A stretch of DNA of 64,000 bases from an archaeon (GCA_037442745.1 JBBIPP010000008.1:8013-72012); one strand, 5' to 3'. Positions 9,836 through 19,772 are shown, counted from the first letter of the stretch. Translations and numbers: made by a program. Notes: a model not told the origin generated them from the letters alone.

Positions 9836-11566
9836 ATGAAGAGCCTCCTAATAGTGAACGGCTATTCGGACGAGCCGACCTGCTTTAATGTCCCCCCCTA
9901 TATCGGGAAATATCCTAGATACATTGCAGGAGCCGCCATCTCCGCGAAAAGGGATGCGCTTGTCAAATACCTGACAATTGACGATTTTCGGGAAGGCCGC
10001 GCGCACCCAAAAGATCTGGACGGAAAATTCGACTGCATTGCATTCATTGTCGGAATGACAGTTCCCGGGAAGTATGTTGGGGGAAAGATTGCGACTGCAG
10101 AGGAGGTCTCATCCCTTTCAAGGAGGTTTGAAAAGGCAAGGGCAAAAGTCCTCTGCGGGCCCGCGGCCAAGTTCGGGTTCGGGACTGAAGGAGGAAAAAC
10201 CACCAGGGTTGTCCGGGACCCGTTTGACATTGTCTCAAAAGGGGACGACGAGGCGACAATATACTCAATTTTTTCGACTGGAAAAGCCACAGGCCTTGAG
10301 AGGATTTCGAGAAAAGACCCCCTTCTCCAAGAATTCGCCGAGAGGGGCGCGTCAATAATTTCCCAGGTTGACACAACTTACCTTCTCCTGGAAATAGAGA
10401 CATACCGGGGATGCTCAAGATTCGTCTCTGGATTCTGCTCGTTCTGCTCCGAAGCCAGCAAGGGCCCCCCAGATTTCAGGCCAGTAGAGGGAATTGTCAG
10501 GGAAATATCCGCCCTTGCGAAAATGGGTGTGCATGCATTCAGGCTAGGCGACCAGCCAGACCTCTTCGCGTATCTTGGAGAGGGCGCAGGAAAAGAGGAA
10601 TATCCGAAACCGAATCCCCGGGCAATTGAGGCGCTTTTTTACGGGGCCAGGAAAGCGGCTGGCCCGAACCTGACAGTCCTCCACATTGACAATGTCAACC
10701 CGAAGACAATTGTCCTCCATCCGGAGGAATCAAAAAAAGTAGCGTCAATTATTGCGAAATACAACACACCTGGAGACATTGCGGCCTTTGGCCTCGAGAG
10801 CCTCGACCCTGAAGTAATAAGGAAGAACAACCTGAAAGTGGATTCGGAAGATGCTCTGGTTGCAGTCAGAATAATTAACGAGGCCGGGGGGTGGAGGGAG
10901 GGAAAAAGCCTGCCGAAGCTTCTCCCAGGATTGAATTTCATAGGGGGCCTTGAAGGGGAGACGAAAGAATCGTTTAGAATAAACTATTCCTTCCTCGAGA
11001 GACTGATTGAGGAGAAGCTAGTTGTCCGGAGGATAAACCTCCGGCAGGTGATGCCCCTTCCCTGGACGCGGATTGGGAAATTCGGCAATAAACTGGTTCA
11101 AAAGCATTCGAGGGAATTCGCTTCCTTCAAGTTCAAGGTCAGGGAGAATATAGACCACGAAATGCTATCAAGAGTCGCTCCAAAGGGAACCGAAATACCC
11201 GGGGTGTTTTCAGAATACCGGGACGGGAAAATAACCTTCGCCCGGCCTCTCGGCTCTTACCCTCTCCTTATAGGGATTCCGACAACCAACATTCCCCTCG
11301 GGAAACTCTTCAATATCAAGGTTGTTGACTGGGGCAAGCGGTCAATAACTGGGGTGCCATCAGACATTGACATAAATTCCGCTCCGAGGGAAATCTTGGA
11401 ATATGTTCCCGGCCTCGGGAGGAAGAACTTGGTCAACCTTCTTGCGAAGAGGCCCGTCGGAAAGGTTTCCGATTTCCTTTCAGAGAAGGAGTCCGCAAGG
11501 AAGCTCTCGGACTTTTTGGGCCTAGAGTCCCCCGATTCCCCATTCGAGAAAACGGGGGCGAGATGA
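9836..11566 (+). CDS. Archaeal radical SAM protein with C-terminal TRAM-like and helix-hairpin-helix regions
   Basis: YSDEPTCFNVPPYI, ETYRGCSRFVSGFCSFC, HIDNVNP, RRINLRQV and DINSA...VPGLG. Confidence 0.85.
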   Translation: MKSLLIVNGYSDEPTCFNVPPYIGKYPRYIAGAAISAKRDALVKYLTIDDFREGRAHPKDLDGKFDCIAFIVGMTVPGKYVGGKIATAEEVSSLSRRFEKARAKVLCGPAAKFGFGTEGGKTTRVVRDPFDIVSKGDDEATIYSIFSTGKATGLERISRKDPLLQEFAERGASIISQVDTTYLLLEIETYRGCSRFVSGFCSFCSEASKGPPDFRPVEGIVREISALAKMGVHAFRLGDQPDLFAYLGEGAGKEEYPKPNPRAIEALFYGARKAAGPNLTVLHIDNVNPKTIVLHPEESKKVASIIAKYNTPGDIAAFGLESLDPEVIRKNNLKVDSEDALVAVRIINEAGGWREGKSLPKLLPGLNFIGGLEGETKESFRINYSFLERLIEEKLVVRRINLRQVMPLPWTRIGKFGNKLVQKHSREFASFKFKVRENIDHEMLSRVAPKGTEIPGVFSEYRDGKITFARPLGSYPLLIGIPTTNIPLGKLFNIKVVDWGKRSITGVPSDIDINSAPREILEYVPGLGRKNLVNLLAKRPVGKVSDFLSEKESARKLSDFLGLESPDSPFEKTGAR

Positions 11567-11569
11567 GTT

Positions 11570-12154
11570 GTGACTTTTCCGGAATTGCTGACAGTCGCGG
11601 CAATAGGGATCGGCCTCTCAATTGACACCTTTTCAGTCTCCGCCGCAGAAGGAACGACTGGAAACAAGTCCCCAAAGCTCGCAGTCTTCCTTGCACTCCT
11701 CTTCGGGGCTTTCCACACAGCAATGCCAATTGCCGGCTATTTCGCGGGGGAAGCTACAAGGAAGATAATAACGAATTTCGACCATTGGATAGCGTTCCTT
11801 CTCCTCGTATATGTTGGGGGAAAAATGGTTCTTGACCAACTCTTCCCTGACGAGGAAAAATCGAAGAAAAGAACCCACTTTTCAATCCGCAATGACCTGA
11901 GAACCTACCTCTCCTTGGCTGTTGCGACGAGCATTGACGCCCTCGCAATTGGGATAACTTTCGCCTTCCTCGGGCTCCCAATAATAGAGTCTGCGTTAAT
12001 TATAGGCGGGACTACTGCCATAGTCTCCTTCGCCGGAGTATATGTCGGGAGGGTCTTTGGGAGCGCCCTCAAGAAGAAAGCCGGGATAATAGGCGGGCTT
12101 GTCCTAATTGCAATAGGACTGAAAATACTAGTCGAGCACCTCTTATTCTCTTAG
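11570..12154 (+). CDS. mntP: Manganese efflux pump MntP family
   Basis: GLSIDTFSVS, FDHWIAF and ATSIDALAIG motifs. Confidence 0.92.
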   Translation: MTFPELLTVAAIGIGLSIDTFSVSAAEGTTGNKSPKLAVFLALLFGAFHTAMPIAGYFAGEATRKIITNFDHWIAFLLLVYVGGKMVLDQLFPDEEKSKKRTHFSIRNDLRTYLSLAVATSIDALAIGITFAFLGLPIIESALIIGGTTAIVSFAGVYVGRVFGSALKKKAGIIGGLVLIAIGLKILVEHLLFS

Positions 12155-12639
12155 AAGAATTTCAAGAGTTTGTCGTGCCTTTTGTTCACTTCATCCTGGC
12201 TTGCGACAGTTGCCAAGTGCTCTGGCTTTGTCTTTTGAAGGATTGCTTCTCCAAGCTGGATTCCCGCTACAATTTCCGGGAAAACGAGTAGGTCGACCCC
12301 CAGCTTCATGAAAATGTCCAAGTCATCCTGGGAGGATACCCGCGCCGCGACCTTTATTTTCGGGTTCATTTTCCTGGCAAGTGTCGATATTACCATATTC
12401 GTCTTGTCGTCCCCGGTCACAACCGCAATCCATTTCGCCGATTCAATCCCCGCAGCCTTGAGAACAACAGGATTCGCAGGGTCGCCTTCCAGGAGGGCGA
12501 AATTCCCCCCCTTTTCGTGGATTTCCACAATGTAGTGGTCCCGCTCAATCACAGTAACCTTCTCCTTGTTGTTCGCAAGAAGCGTTGCAAGCCTCTCCCC
12601 AACCCTTCCACATCCGCAGACTATTACATGATCAGTCAT
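12151..12639 (-). CDS. TrkA-N (RCK) NAD-binding domain protein
   Basis: VCGCGRVG, GDPANPVVLKAAGI and TGDDKTN motifs. Confidence 0.88.
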   Translation of the reverse strand: MTDHVIVCGCGRVGERLATLLANNKEKVTVIERDHYIVEIHEKGGNFALLEGDPANPVVLKAAGIESAKWIAVVTGDDKTNMVISTLARKMNPKIKVAARVSSQDDLDIFMKLGVDLLVFPEIVAGIQLGEAILQKTKPEHLATVASQDEVNKRHDKLLKFF

Positions 12640-12643
12640 TTTT

Positions 12644-13192
12644 TCACGCCAACTCCACCATGAATTCTATCGACCTCGTTATCCCGGCAGTCACGAGCCC
12701 GACAATCAGGACAATTATCCCGTACTTTAACACGTTTTCGCTCCGGAGCCACCCGATGAGCGCCCCAACACCGAAGAGAATTACCGCGGAAATTGCGCCC
12801 GAGAGGACAATTGCGTTCTTGACTGGCATGAAGAAGAACGGGATTACCGGGAAGAGGGAGCCGAGAAAAATTCCCGCGCTTGCAATAACCCAATTGGTTT
12901 TGGCCTCGTCCTTGAACTCCTTTACGACTTCCAAGGATTCTATCCTTCTCTTGTCCATCCGCATCTTTTCGCCCAATGTCTTCGTCCAAGACGCGGCCTC
13001 CGCCAACTGTCCGGTGACAGTTGCAAAGGTTGATGCGACAATATTTGCGGATGCGGCCGAGAGTATTGCAATAATGACTAATTTCGTGTCAAGGGTTGCG
13101 AAGGCTGCGCCAAACGCAACGCCAGTTGCAGTAAGGCACCCGTCAATCACCCCCCCAACCAGAAGGCGGATTCGAATCGAAGCCTTTTCCAT
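12644..13192 (-). CDS. VIT1/CCC1 family metal transporter
   Basis: GVIDG motif, GSLFPVIPFF, about five TM segments. Confidence 0.75.
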   Translation of the reverse strand: MEKASIRIRLLVGGVIDGCLTATGVAFGAAFATLDTKLVIIAILSAASANIVASTFATVTGQLAEAASWTKTLGEKMRMDKRRIESLEVVKEFKDEAKTNWVIASAGIFLGSLFPVIPFFFMPVKNAIVLSGAISAVILFGVGALIGWLRSENVLKYGIIVLIVGLVTAGITRSIEFMVELA

Positions 13193-13406
13193 CCAAACAC
13201 GAGAAAAAACCTCTTTGTATTAATAGGTTTTCAATGAGGGGAGGTTGCCTGAAAATTCCATGAATTCAATTTGTCGGAAGAAAGCATTTGTTCCCCAGAA
13301 ACTTGAGGAAGCCCGATATTTGCCGAGGAATTTTCCGAAAAAACAAGGCAGGCTTACCTTGTTCAAAAAGAGATAAACGCCTTTTCATATAACTTGCTGT
13401 CAAGCT

Positions 13407-13425
13407 GTGCGGCCACCGGGATTCG
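13407..13425 (-). repeat. 19-bp duplicate of the tRNA-Gly 3' end (att-like)
   Basis: gtgcggccaccgggattcg is identical to 13560-13578. Confidence 0.9.
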
Positions 13426-13560
13426 AGACAACGCCCTTTCCCAAGCACAGGCTTGGACAAGCCCTCGAGGGGAGAGGAAAGAACTTGCGTGTCCCTCATG
13501 ACACGCCCCTTCTTTACGCCCGTCAACGGATTTTTCTTCGGGAAGAAAAATGGGTTGAGG

Positions 13561-13631
13561 TGCGGCCACCGGGATTCGGACCCGGGTCCTAAGCTTGGGA
13601 AGCTCATATCCTACCACTAGACTATGGCCGC
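13561..13631 (-). tRNA. tRNA-Gly(CCC)
   Basis: GCGGCCA...TGGCCGC-A acceptor stem, anticodon loop TTCCCAA, variant T-loop TCCGAAT. Confidence 0.9.
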
Positions 13632-13687
13632 GTTTTCCGAAAGATGGCTTCCCCTGTGGCGTTATAAAATTATTGTTTTCCCTTTCC

Positions 13688-14065
13688 CTAAAAGGACCTC
13701 CCAAAACCCGCCTTTGCAATTGGCCTGTCGTGTGGCGTCATTTTCCTCGGAAGACTTTTTTTTTGAAAACCAACCCCCAACAAATGCTCAGTTGTTCTGA
13801 GAGTTTCCGGAGATTTTCCGACCTCTACGAAAAAGGTCAAAAAGACTCTGTGGAAACTGGGCTTTTTCATTGCATCAATGAAGAAGAGTTGCTTGAATTC
13901 TGAAGCAGGAATCCTTATTCAAGTCTCCTCCAAAAATTCCCCTGAAACCCCCTTTTCAGACAGCTCCCAAAAGTCCTTGCAATACCAGTTAGTCCTTTTC
14001 AGGAGAATCCTGCCCCAGGAATCGAAAGATGCTACGCAGACTCTCGGGACAGGATTAACCTCTTT
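13688..14065 (-). pseudogene. NUDIX hydrolase pseudogene
   Basis: Reads GRILLKR...FWEL...EFLEET*IRI: broken Nudix box with TGA at 13919-13921 and no clear start. Confidence 0.55.
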
Positions 14066-14076
14066 TATCCGTAATT

Positions 14077-14172
14077 TCAGGGACCTTTCTTCAGTTCAGC
14101 GACAACGTCAATCTCAACCAGCGCCCCGGCCGGAAGGGCGGAGACTTGGACAGCGCTCCTCGCAGGGAAAGT
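14077..14172 (-). pseudogene. ridA: RidA (YjgF/UK114) C-terminal remnant
   Basis: FPARSAVQVSALPAGALVEIDVVA with an in-frame stop immediately upstream. Confidence 0.75.
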
Positions 14173-14281
14173 TCAAGAGGGAATTGTCCTTCCTTTTCGC
14201 AAAGAAACATTTTCCCCTGAAATCGACAATTGCCATTTAGGCGAAGAGGACTTTTCATATTTTACTGAGAGCCATTTTTCC

Positions 14282-14896
14282 CTAGAGCGCCAGAAGGCAA
14301 TTCCTCAGTTCCTCCGCTGCCTCGTCAAGCTTCCCTTGCCTGTTGACAATTTCCTTCACAATTGCCCCAGAATACATCGAGTACGCATATGCAACGCCCC
14401 GACCGACGTCCTGCTCCGCAAGAATTGTTTCCAGAGGAATTTCATCTCTTGTCCTCCCTTCAGTCTTTCCAGAAGCATTGTCAGCGTTCTTCCTCGCGGC
14501 AATCTCTTCAGGCAGGCCTGAAATCAGAACAATCATTGAGAGATTCAATTCATCCAGAACCCATTTGGGAAATCCTGGCCAGAACCCTCCAGATTTGAAC
14601 ATTACCGAGTGGGACGTTACAATGAATAGACCGCCTTTTTCCTTCCCGGCCATTGAAGCAAGCTTTTTTGCAACCTTTACCTGCATTTTCCGAGCGTCAG
14701 CGAGCGTTGCCTCCCTTCTGAATTTGTCTCGGTCCCCTCCGACAACTTCCTGGGTAATGTGCCCGAAATTGACAACCTTCACATCCTTTCTTTCCCCAAG
14801 AGCGGCATTCATTACCGCAGTTTTCCCGACTCCTGAGGGCCCTAGAACAAGCACAATTTTCGCCCCTTTTTCGGATTTAGAAACTACCTTTGCCAT
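14282..14896 (-). CDS. adkA: Archaeal adenylate kinase
   Basis: GPSGVGKT, VVNFG, DRDKFR, GFWPGFP and RTRD motifs. Confidence 0.85.
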   Translation of the reverse strand: MAKVVSKSEKGAKIVLVLGPSGVGKTAVMNAALGERKDVKVVNFGHITQEVVGGDRDKFRREATLADARKMQVKVAKKLASMAGKEKGGLFIVTSHSVMFKSGGFWPGFPKWVLDELNLSMIVLISGLPEEIAARKNADNASGKTEGRTRDEIPLETILAEQDVGRGVAYAYSMYSGAIVKEIVNRQGKLDEAAEELRNCLLAL

Positions 14897-14983
14897 GCTG
14901 GAGAATCCCGAACTTTGCGCTTTTAACATTATTTTTTCCCCCTGAAAAAAGAATAAAAGCTCCCCTCTGACAATTCCCGACTC

Positions 14984-16015
14984 ATGGCGCAAAAAGAAGA
15001 CAAAAATCAGACACTCCAAGAGAGAATACTTTCGTCGAAGAATCCTTTCCTCGAAATCCTCGGCCAGGAGAACGCGAAGAAATCCGCAATTTCCGCCCTC
15101 CTTTCAGGACGCCATTTCGTAATACTTGGATATCCTGGGGTTGGGAAGACGACTCTTGCGAAATCGATTTCCAGGCTCCTTCCGGAAGTGGAAGTTGTCA
15201 TTGGATGCGATTTCCATTGCAGTCCCGAGGAGCCGGTCTGCCCTTCCTGCATTGCGAGAAAAGGCAAAGGGGAAAAGCTACCGAAGGAAAAATCCCCCGG
15301 AGAAAAGAGGTTCGTCCGGGTCCAAGGGTCCCCAGATCTCCAGCCGGAAGACCTTGTCGGGGACATTGATCCAATCAAGGCTCTGGAATTCGGCCCAAAG
15401 GACCCTCGGGCATTCACTCCCGGAAAAATCCTCCGGGCGAACAGGGGGATACTCTTCTTCGACGAGATAAACAGGTGCCCTGAGAGACTTCAGAACGCGC
15501 TCCTTCAGGTTCTGGAAGAAGGCAATGTGACAATCGGTGGCTATGAAGTCGATTATCCAACCGATTTCATACTTGTCGCAACAATGAACCCGAGGGAGAC
15601 TGCAGGAACCGAGAAATTGTCAGAAGCTCTCCTCGACCGCCTCGATTTCATTGAAATGGGCTTTCCGGAAACAGCCGAACTAGAGGAGAAAATCGCAGTT
15701 GAAAAGGGCGCAAAGCTCGAAGGGACAAAACTTCCCGAGAAAATAATGAAAGGAATTGTATCAGTTGTCAGGGCAACCCGGACTGACGAGCGGGTGGAAA
15801 AGCCCGCCGGAGTCAGGGCGACAATAGGTATTTATGAGCGGGTCCAGGGGTTCGCTCTCTCCAACGGAAGGAAAGAGGCGACAACTGAGGACCTGATAAC
15901 CGCAGTCCACTCTGTTCTTGACCACAGGATACGGCTCGCCCCAAAGTTCAGGCACTCGGCAAAGCCTGAACAGGTAATTGAGGAAATTCTCGGGAAACTC
16001 GCCCTCCCAAAATAA
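14984..16015 (+). CDS. ChlI/MoxR-like AAA+ ATPase (short product of a probable frameshifted gene)
   Basis: GYPGVGKT, CDFHC...PVCPSC, ANRGILFFDEINR, QNALLQVLEEG and ATMNP motifs. Confidence 0.9.
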   Translation: MAQKEDKNQTLQERILSSKNPFLEILGQENAKKSAISALLSGRHFVILGYPGVGKTTLAKSISRLLPEVEVVIGCDFHCSPEEPVCPSCIARKGKGEKLPKEKSPGEKRFVRVQGSPDLQPEDLVGDIDPIKALEFGPKDPRAFTPGKILRANRGILFFDEINRCPERLQNALLQVLEEGNVTIGGYEVDYPTDFILVATMNPRETAGTEKLSEALLDRLDFIEMGFPETAELEEKIAVEKGAKLEGTKLPEKIMKGIVSVVRATRTDERVEKPAGVRATIGIYERVQGFALSNGRKEATTEDLITAVHSVLDHRIRLAPKFRHSAKPEQVIEEILGKLALPK

Positions 16016-16042
16016 TCGCCCCCGAAGGAAAAAGCGGGGGGA
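16006..16042 (+). promoter_or_regulatory. Predicted -1 programmed ribosomal frameshift signal
   Basis: In-frame C_CCA_AAA heptamer (16006-16012) directly before TAA; stem CCCCCG (16019-24)/CGGGGG (16035-40) 6 nt downstream. Confidence 0.75.
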
Positions 16043-17208
16043 CTCTGGACGAGGAGGACGGCAATTCTTCCGAGCAGAAATTCTCCGAAAAAAAGCAGGG
16101 GAAAATTCCAAAGGAGGAGAGCAAGAGCTATGGGCCCCTTCTCCGCCAGATGGCGAACCGAGGGCTTGACGGACTGAACGCAGCATTCATTGCAAGATCA
16201 ATTGTCTATGACCTAGGTTCAGCAATAGGAACATATGGGGAAGAGCTCTTGGAAGGATTAACAGGTCTTCCGATATCCGAACTATCCAGAAGCGAGGGAA
16301 AAATCGAGAGAATATCCCAGATTTCCGGGAGAATTGAGGGGAAATTGAAAGGCCTCTTGTCGGAGGGATTCATTGCCAAAGGAGGGGCTGGCCTGACAAA
16401 GAAGGCTCTGAAGGAAATTGCTGAAGAGACCCTGAAGGACGAGCTCCAAATACTCTCAAAATCAGGGTTCGGAAGCCACCCGGCCGATTTCAAAGGGAAC
16501 GAGGAGAAGACTGAGCGGGCATATCCGAGGTCAAAATCAGATTCCTATCGGAGAATATCGACGAGGAAAACCGTGTCCGTTGCGGCAAAGAGGGGCCACA
16601 AAAGAATTCTCCCGGAAGACCTCCGCTCCCTTGAAATGACCAGGAGGACTGGGATTGACTTTATTTTCGTTCTCGATTCTTCCGGAAGCATGAAAGGAGA
16701 CAAGATTGACTCGGCAAAGCGGGCGGCAATAGGGCTCTCCGCAGTATCTATCGGAACTCTTGACAGGGTGGCGGTTGTTTCCTTCCGAAAGGAGCCGGAA
16801 GTAATCTGCGAGTTCTTAGATTCCGAAGATATCGGATATTTCGCGGAGAAAATTGTCTCCCTCTTTCCCGGAGGAACGACTTCAATCGGAAAGGCAATAA
16901 CTCTTGCGTCCGGAATGTTCGAGGGCTTGGAGAATTCCAAATCTGCAAAGCACATCCTCCTGATAACAGACGGCCTGCCGACGGAAGGGGACAAGCCGGT
17001 TGAGGACGCAAAAGATGCTGTGATTTCTGCAAGAGAGAACGGAATAACCGTATCTGTTGCCGGAATCGGACTAAACGAGGAGGGAGAATGGCTTCTCCGG
17101 GAGCTCGCAGGTTTTGGGGACGGGAACTTTTACAACGTTCCGGCAGTTTCCGGAAGCGAACTGACCGGAATTGTCCTTGACGATAGGGAGAGGGCCGGAA
17201 CTATCTAG
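16012..17208 (+). CDS. Linker plus vWA domain (ChlD-like C-terminus); first ATG at 16150
   Basis: -1 frame open from 15982; MIDAS DSSGSM, GGTT and LITDG motifs. Confidence 0.85.
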   Translation: MIAPEGKSGGTLDEEDGNSSEQKFSEKKQGKIPKEESKSYGPLLRQMANRGLDGLNAAFIARSIVYDLGSAIGTYGEELLEGLTGLPISELSRSEGKIERISQISGRIEGKLKGLLSEGFIAKGGAGLTKKALKEIAEETLKDELQILSKSGFGSHPADFKGNEEKTERAYPRSKSDSYRRISTRKTVSVAAKRGHKRILPEDLRSLEMTRRTGIDFIFVLDSSGSMKGDKIDSAKRAAIGLSAVSIGTLDRVAVVSFRKEPEVICEFLDSEDIGYFAEKIVSLFPGGTTSIGKAITLASGMFEGLENSKSAKHILLITDGLPTEGDKPVEDAKDAVISARENGITVSVAGIGLNEEGEWLLRELAGFGDGNFYNVPAVSGSELTGIVLDDRERAGTI

Positions 17209-18277
17209 TTATTCTAAAGGACACGACCTCTTCCAAAAGCCCTCTTGCGGAGGAGTCCTTTTCGAAATGAGACCGAACAGGAGCAACCAACCTGTCAATA
17301 TGCTCAGAGACGGCTCCCTTCAAATCAACTGGCGAGAGCTTCCCCGAAAAATAGAGGCTTTCCAACTCAGGATATCCCCCTATATCAAGGTTCCCCCCGT
17401 ATTTCTCCGGCCTCTCAATCCTCATTTCCGGGAATTTTTCGAAGACAATATACTTGCAATATTCGAGGATTGGGTTTTCCAGAACCTGCTTTTCAGGGCA
17501 GTAGGCATTTTTTATTTTCCTGAAAATCTCCTCCCTAGAATCGGTCATGAAAATTGAGCTATCGGGCCTGCTCTTTGACATTTTCATGTCAATTGCCCGC
17601 TCGGTCGCGTCCGCCTCACTGCTCGCCGGTTTCTCAAGACCCATTAGCATGTGGTGGCTCACAACCACAGGCTTCCAAAATCCGAGCTTCTCGCCTAGCT
17701 CACGCGCTAGGACGTTCACTTTTCTCTGGTCAATCCCAAGCTGGCAGATGTCCGCTTTCAGGTAGAAGATGTCCGCCGCCTGCATGCAGGGGTAGAGAAT
17801 CTGGGATGCCTGGAGGACTTCAGCCTCCTTTCGCCCCATAATCTGCCCGCACCGGATAATTCTGTTCATTGTCGAGTTCCTTGCTACCTGCATAACTATT
17901 TTCCAGTATTCCGGGTCGGAGACAGCGTCATTAGCCCAGATGAACTCGACGTTATCTAGGTCCATTCCGCACGCTTTCCAGATCTCTATGAAATATTTCC
18001 CGACAGTCTGGATTTTTTCTAGGTCGCCCCCAATTTTGTTGTTCGCCCAGCCGTGCCAGTCGGCAACAAGCATCTTGAACTTGCCCCCGGCAGAAATCAT
18101 TTTGTTGACGTTAATTGTCCGCAAAATCCCTTGGGCAATGTGCATTCTTCCAGAGGGCTCGAAGCCGTCATATGCAACGAAATTTTTCTTCTCCGAAAGA
18201 AGGGTTCTCAATTCCCCCTCAGTCAGTATTTCCTCTCCGACCTGCTTTATCAGACTGAGCCTTGATTCAACGTCCAT
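17201..18277 (-). CDS. tyrS: Tyrosyl-tRNA synthetase
   Basis: YDGFEPSGRMHIAQG, YPCMQAAD, GIDQRKVN and KMSKS motifs. Confidence 0.97.
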   Translation of the reverse strand: MDVESRLSLIKQVGEEILTEGELRTLLSEKKNFVAYDGFEPSGRMHIAQGILRTINVNKMISAGGKFKMLVADWHGWANNKIGGDLEKIQTVGKYFIEIWKACGMDLDNVEFIWANDAVSDPEYWKIVMQVARNSTMNRIIRCGQIMGRKEAEVLQASQILYPCMQAADIFYLKADICQLGIDQRKVNVLARELGEKLGFWKPVVVSHHMLMGLEKPASSEADATERAIDMKMSKSRPDSSIFMTDSREEIFRKIKNAYCPEKQVLENPILEYCKYIVFEKFPEMRIERPEKYGGNLDIGGYPELESLYFSGKLSPVDLKGAVSEHIDRLVAPVRSHFEKDSSARGLLEEVVSFRITR

Positions 18278-18297
18278 TTGATTTCTCTCCCTTCTCC

Positions 18298-18729
18298 TCA
18301 GATTTCGACGAATTCGCTTTTTAACTCCTTCATTGACACGAGCGTTTTCGTCTTCCCCATCCCCTTTGCAAGCTTGACGAACTCGTAATATGCGTCAATG
18401 CTCTCCGTCCTGACTTTTATCACAAGCTCCCAGTCTCCGGTTATCACATCGCACGACTCCACCTTGGGAAAGCCCGCAAACTGCCTTGCGACCTTTTCAG
18501 GGTCGGAATATTCTCCGGTGTCAAGGTTTATCAGTATGAAGCAGGAAAAGCCGGAGCCAGCTTTCTTGCGGTCAAGCACTGCCTTGTAAGACCGGACAAT
18601 TTCCCTTTCCTCAAGCTTCCTTATTTTATGGTGTATTGTCGGTGACGGCGAGCGGAGTTCCGATGCCAGCCGGGAAATCCGGGGCGTGCAATAGCCTTTG
18701 TTCAGGAGGGAAGGCGCCGGCCCCGTCAT
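18298..18729 (-). CDS. Lrp/AsnC family regulator (N-terminus possibly truncated)
   Basis: HTH region TIHHKIRKLEE..IV..Y and ITGDWEL in the RAM domain. Confidence 0.8.
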   Translation of the reverse strand: MTGPAPSLLNKGYCTPRISRLASELRSPSPTIHHKIRKLEEREIVRSYKAVLDRKKAGSGFSCFILINLDTGEYSDPEKVARQFAGFPKVESCDVITGDWELVIKVRTESIDAYYEFVKLAKGMGKTKTLVSMKELKSEFVEI

Positions 18730-19291
18730 CAGAAAGGCATACTATCTCTACTGACATTAATACCAAAAATGTCCCGCTCATCAAAATATTCCCTCTTCCT
18801 GTCCGGAAAATGCGTATTACCTTGTCCCACAGGAACAGTACAAAAAATAAAACCAATGTACAGAAGCGCGCAGACCGATAGATTAAAATACCATTTAGTG
18901 GCTAGTATAGCTAGGAAAAAATGGCTAGCGGAAAAGCAATACAGGCAATTTCGTATTGTCAGGCTAGCCAAAGGTCTAGATGGAACAACCGGATTTTTAC
19001 AAATTCCTTCATGAGACTTGATTGTCATGCCACAAAGGGCACTATTGGCGGTGTAAAAAAAACGCACGCCATTAAGGTCCTTGTGGCGTGACAGGAAAAC
19101 GGGAAATAAGCTCCCCGAAAACCCAAGTCATCTTGGGGATGTAGGGGATGTGAAAAACCGGAAATTTTGGTGTTTGTTGAAGCGGAGAGTGAATCTGCTA
19201 GGGAAACTAAACCCAGCAATTGATTTTTCCATCAACATCGGGAATATATTTTTTCAGGGAATTATCAAAAGGAAACAGGAGAAGAAAAGCA

Positions 19292-19480
19292 ATGGAACCC
19301 AATGGGGAACAAGAAAAGACGGTAAGAATAATTGTCGGAGAACGGGAGTTCTCTCTGAACAGGCGGGAGTTCGATCTCCTTGCAAGCTCAATTGAGGCAA
19401 AGACAGGGATGGACTTGGAAATCCCTCCCGAATTCGCCCTCGAGGAAGACGGCGGAGGGACGCCCGGGGAGGCCGGATAG
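19292..19480 (+). CDS. Small hypothetical protein
   Basis: 62-aa ORF with a GGAG upstream. Confidence 0.4.
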   Translation: MEPNGEQEKTVRIIVGEREFSLNRREFDLLASSIEAKTGMDLEIPPEFALEEDGGGTPGEAG

Positions 19481-19772
19481 CGCGAAAAATTCCATCCGAA
19501 TCAAATAATTGTCACAAGACCTGACGAATATTGAGAGGTGGTTATTTGGGGAGACAATAGAGCAGAAGAAAAAAATCCGGAAAAAAGAAAAGGGCGCGCA
19601 AAGGCCCGGAAGAAAATATACGGGAATTTTGCGCATACCCGGGTCGGAGAGCCCCCTCGCAAAGGCGAACTTTTGCAAAAACCTCTTCGCCAGTCCTGCC
19701 CGTCTATTGGGCCGGCGGTTATCTCGTGGGTTTTTCTTCAGGGGCCCTCCGGCCGACACACTCAAATATTTT

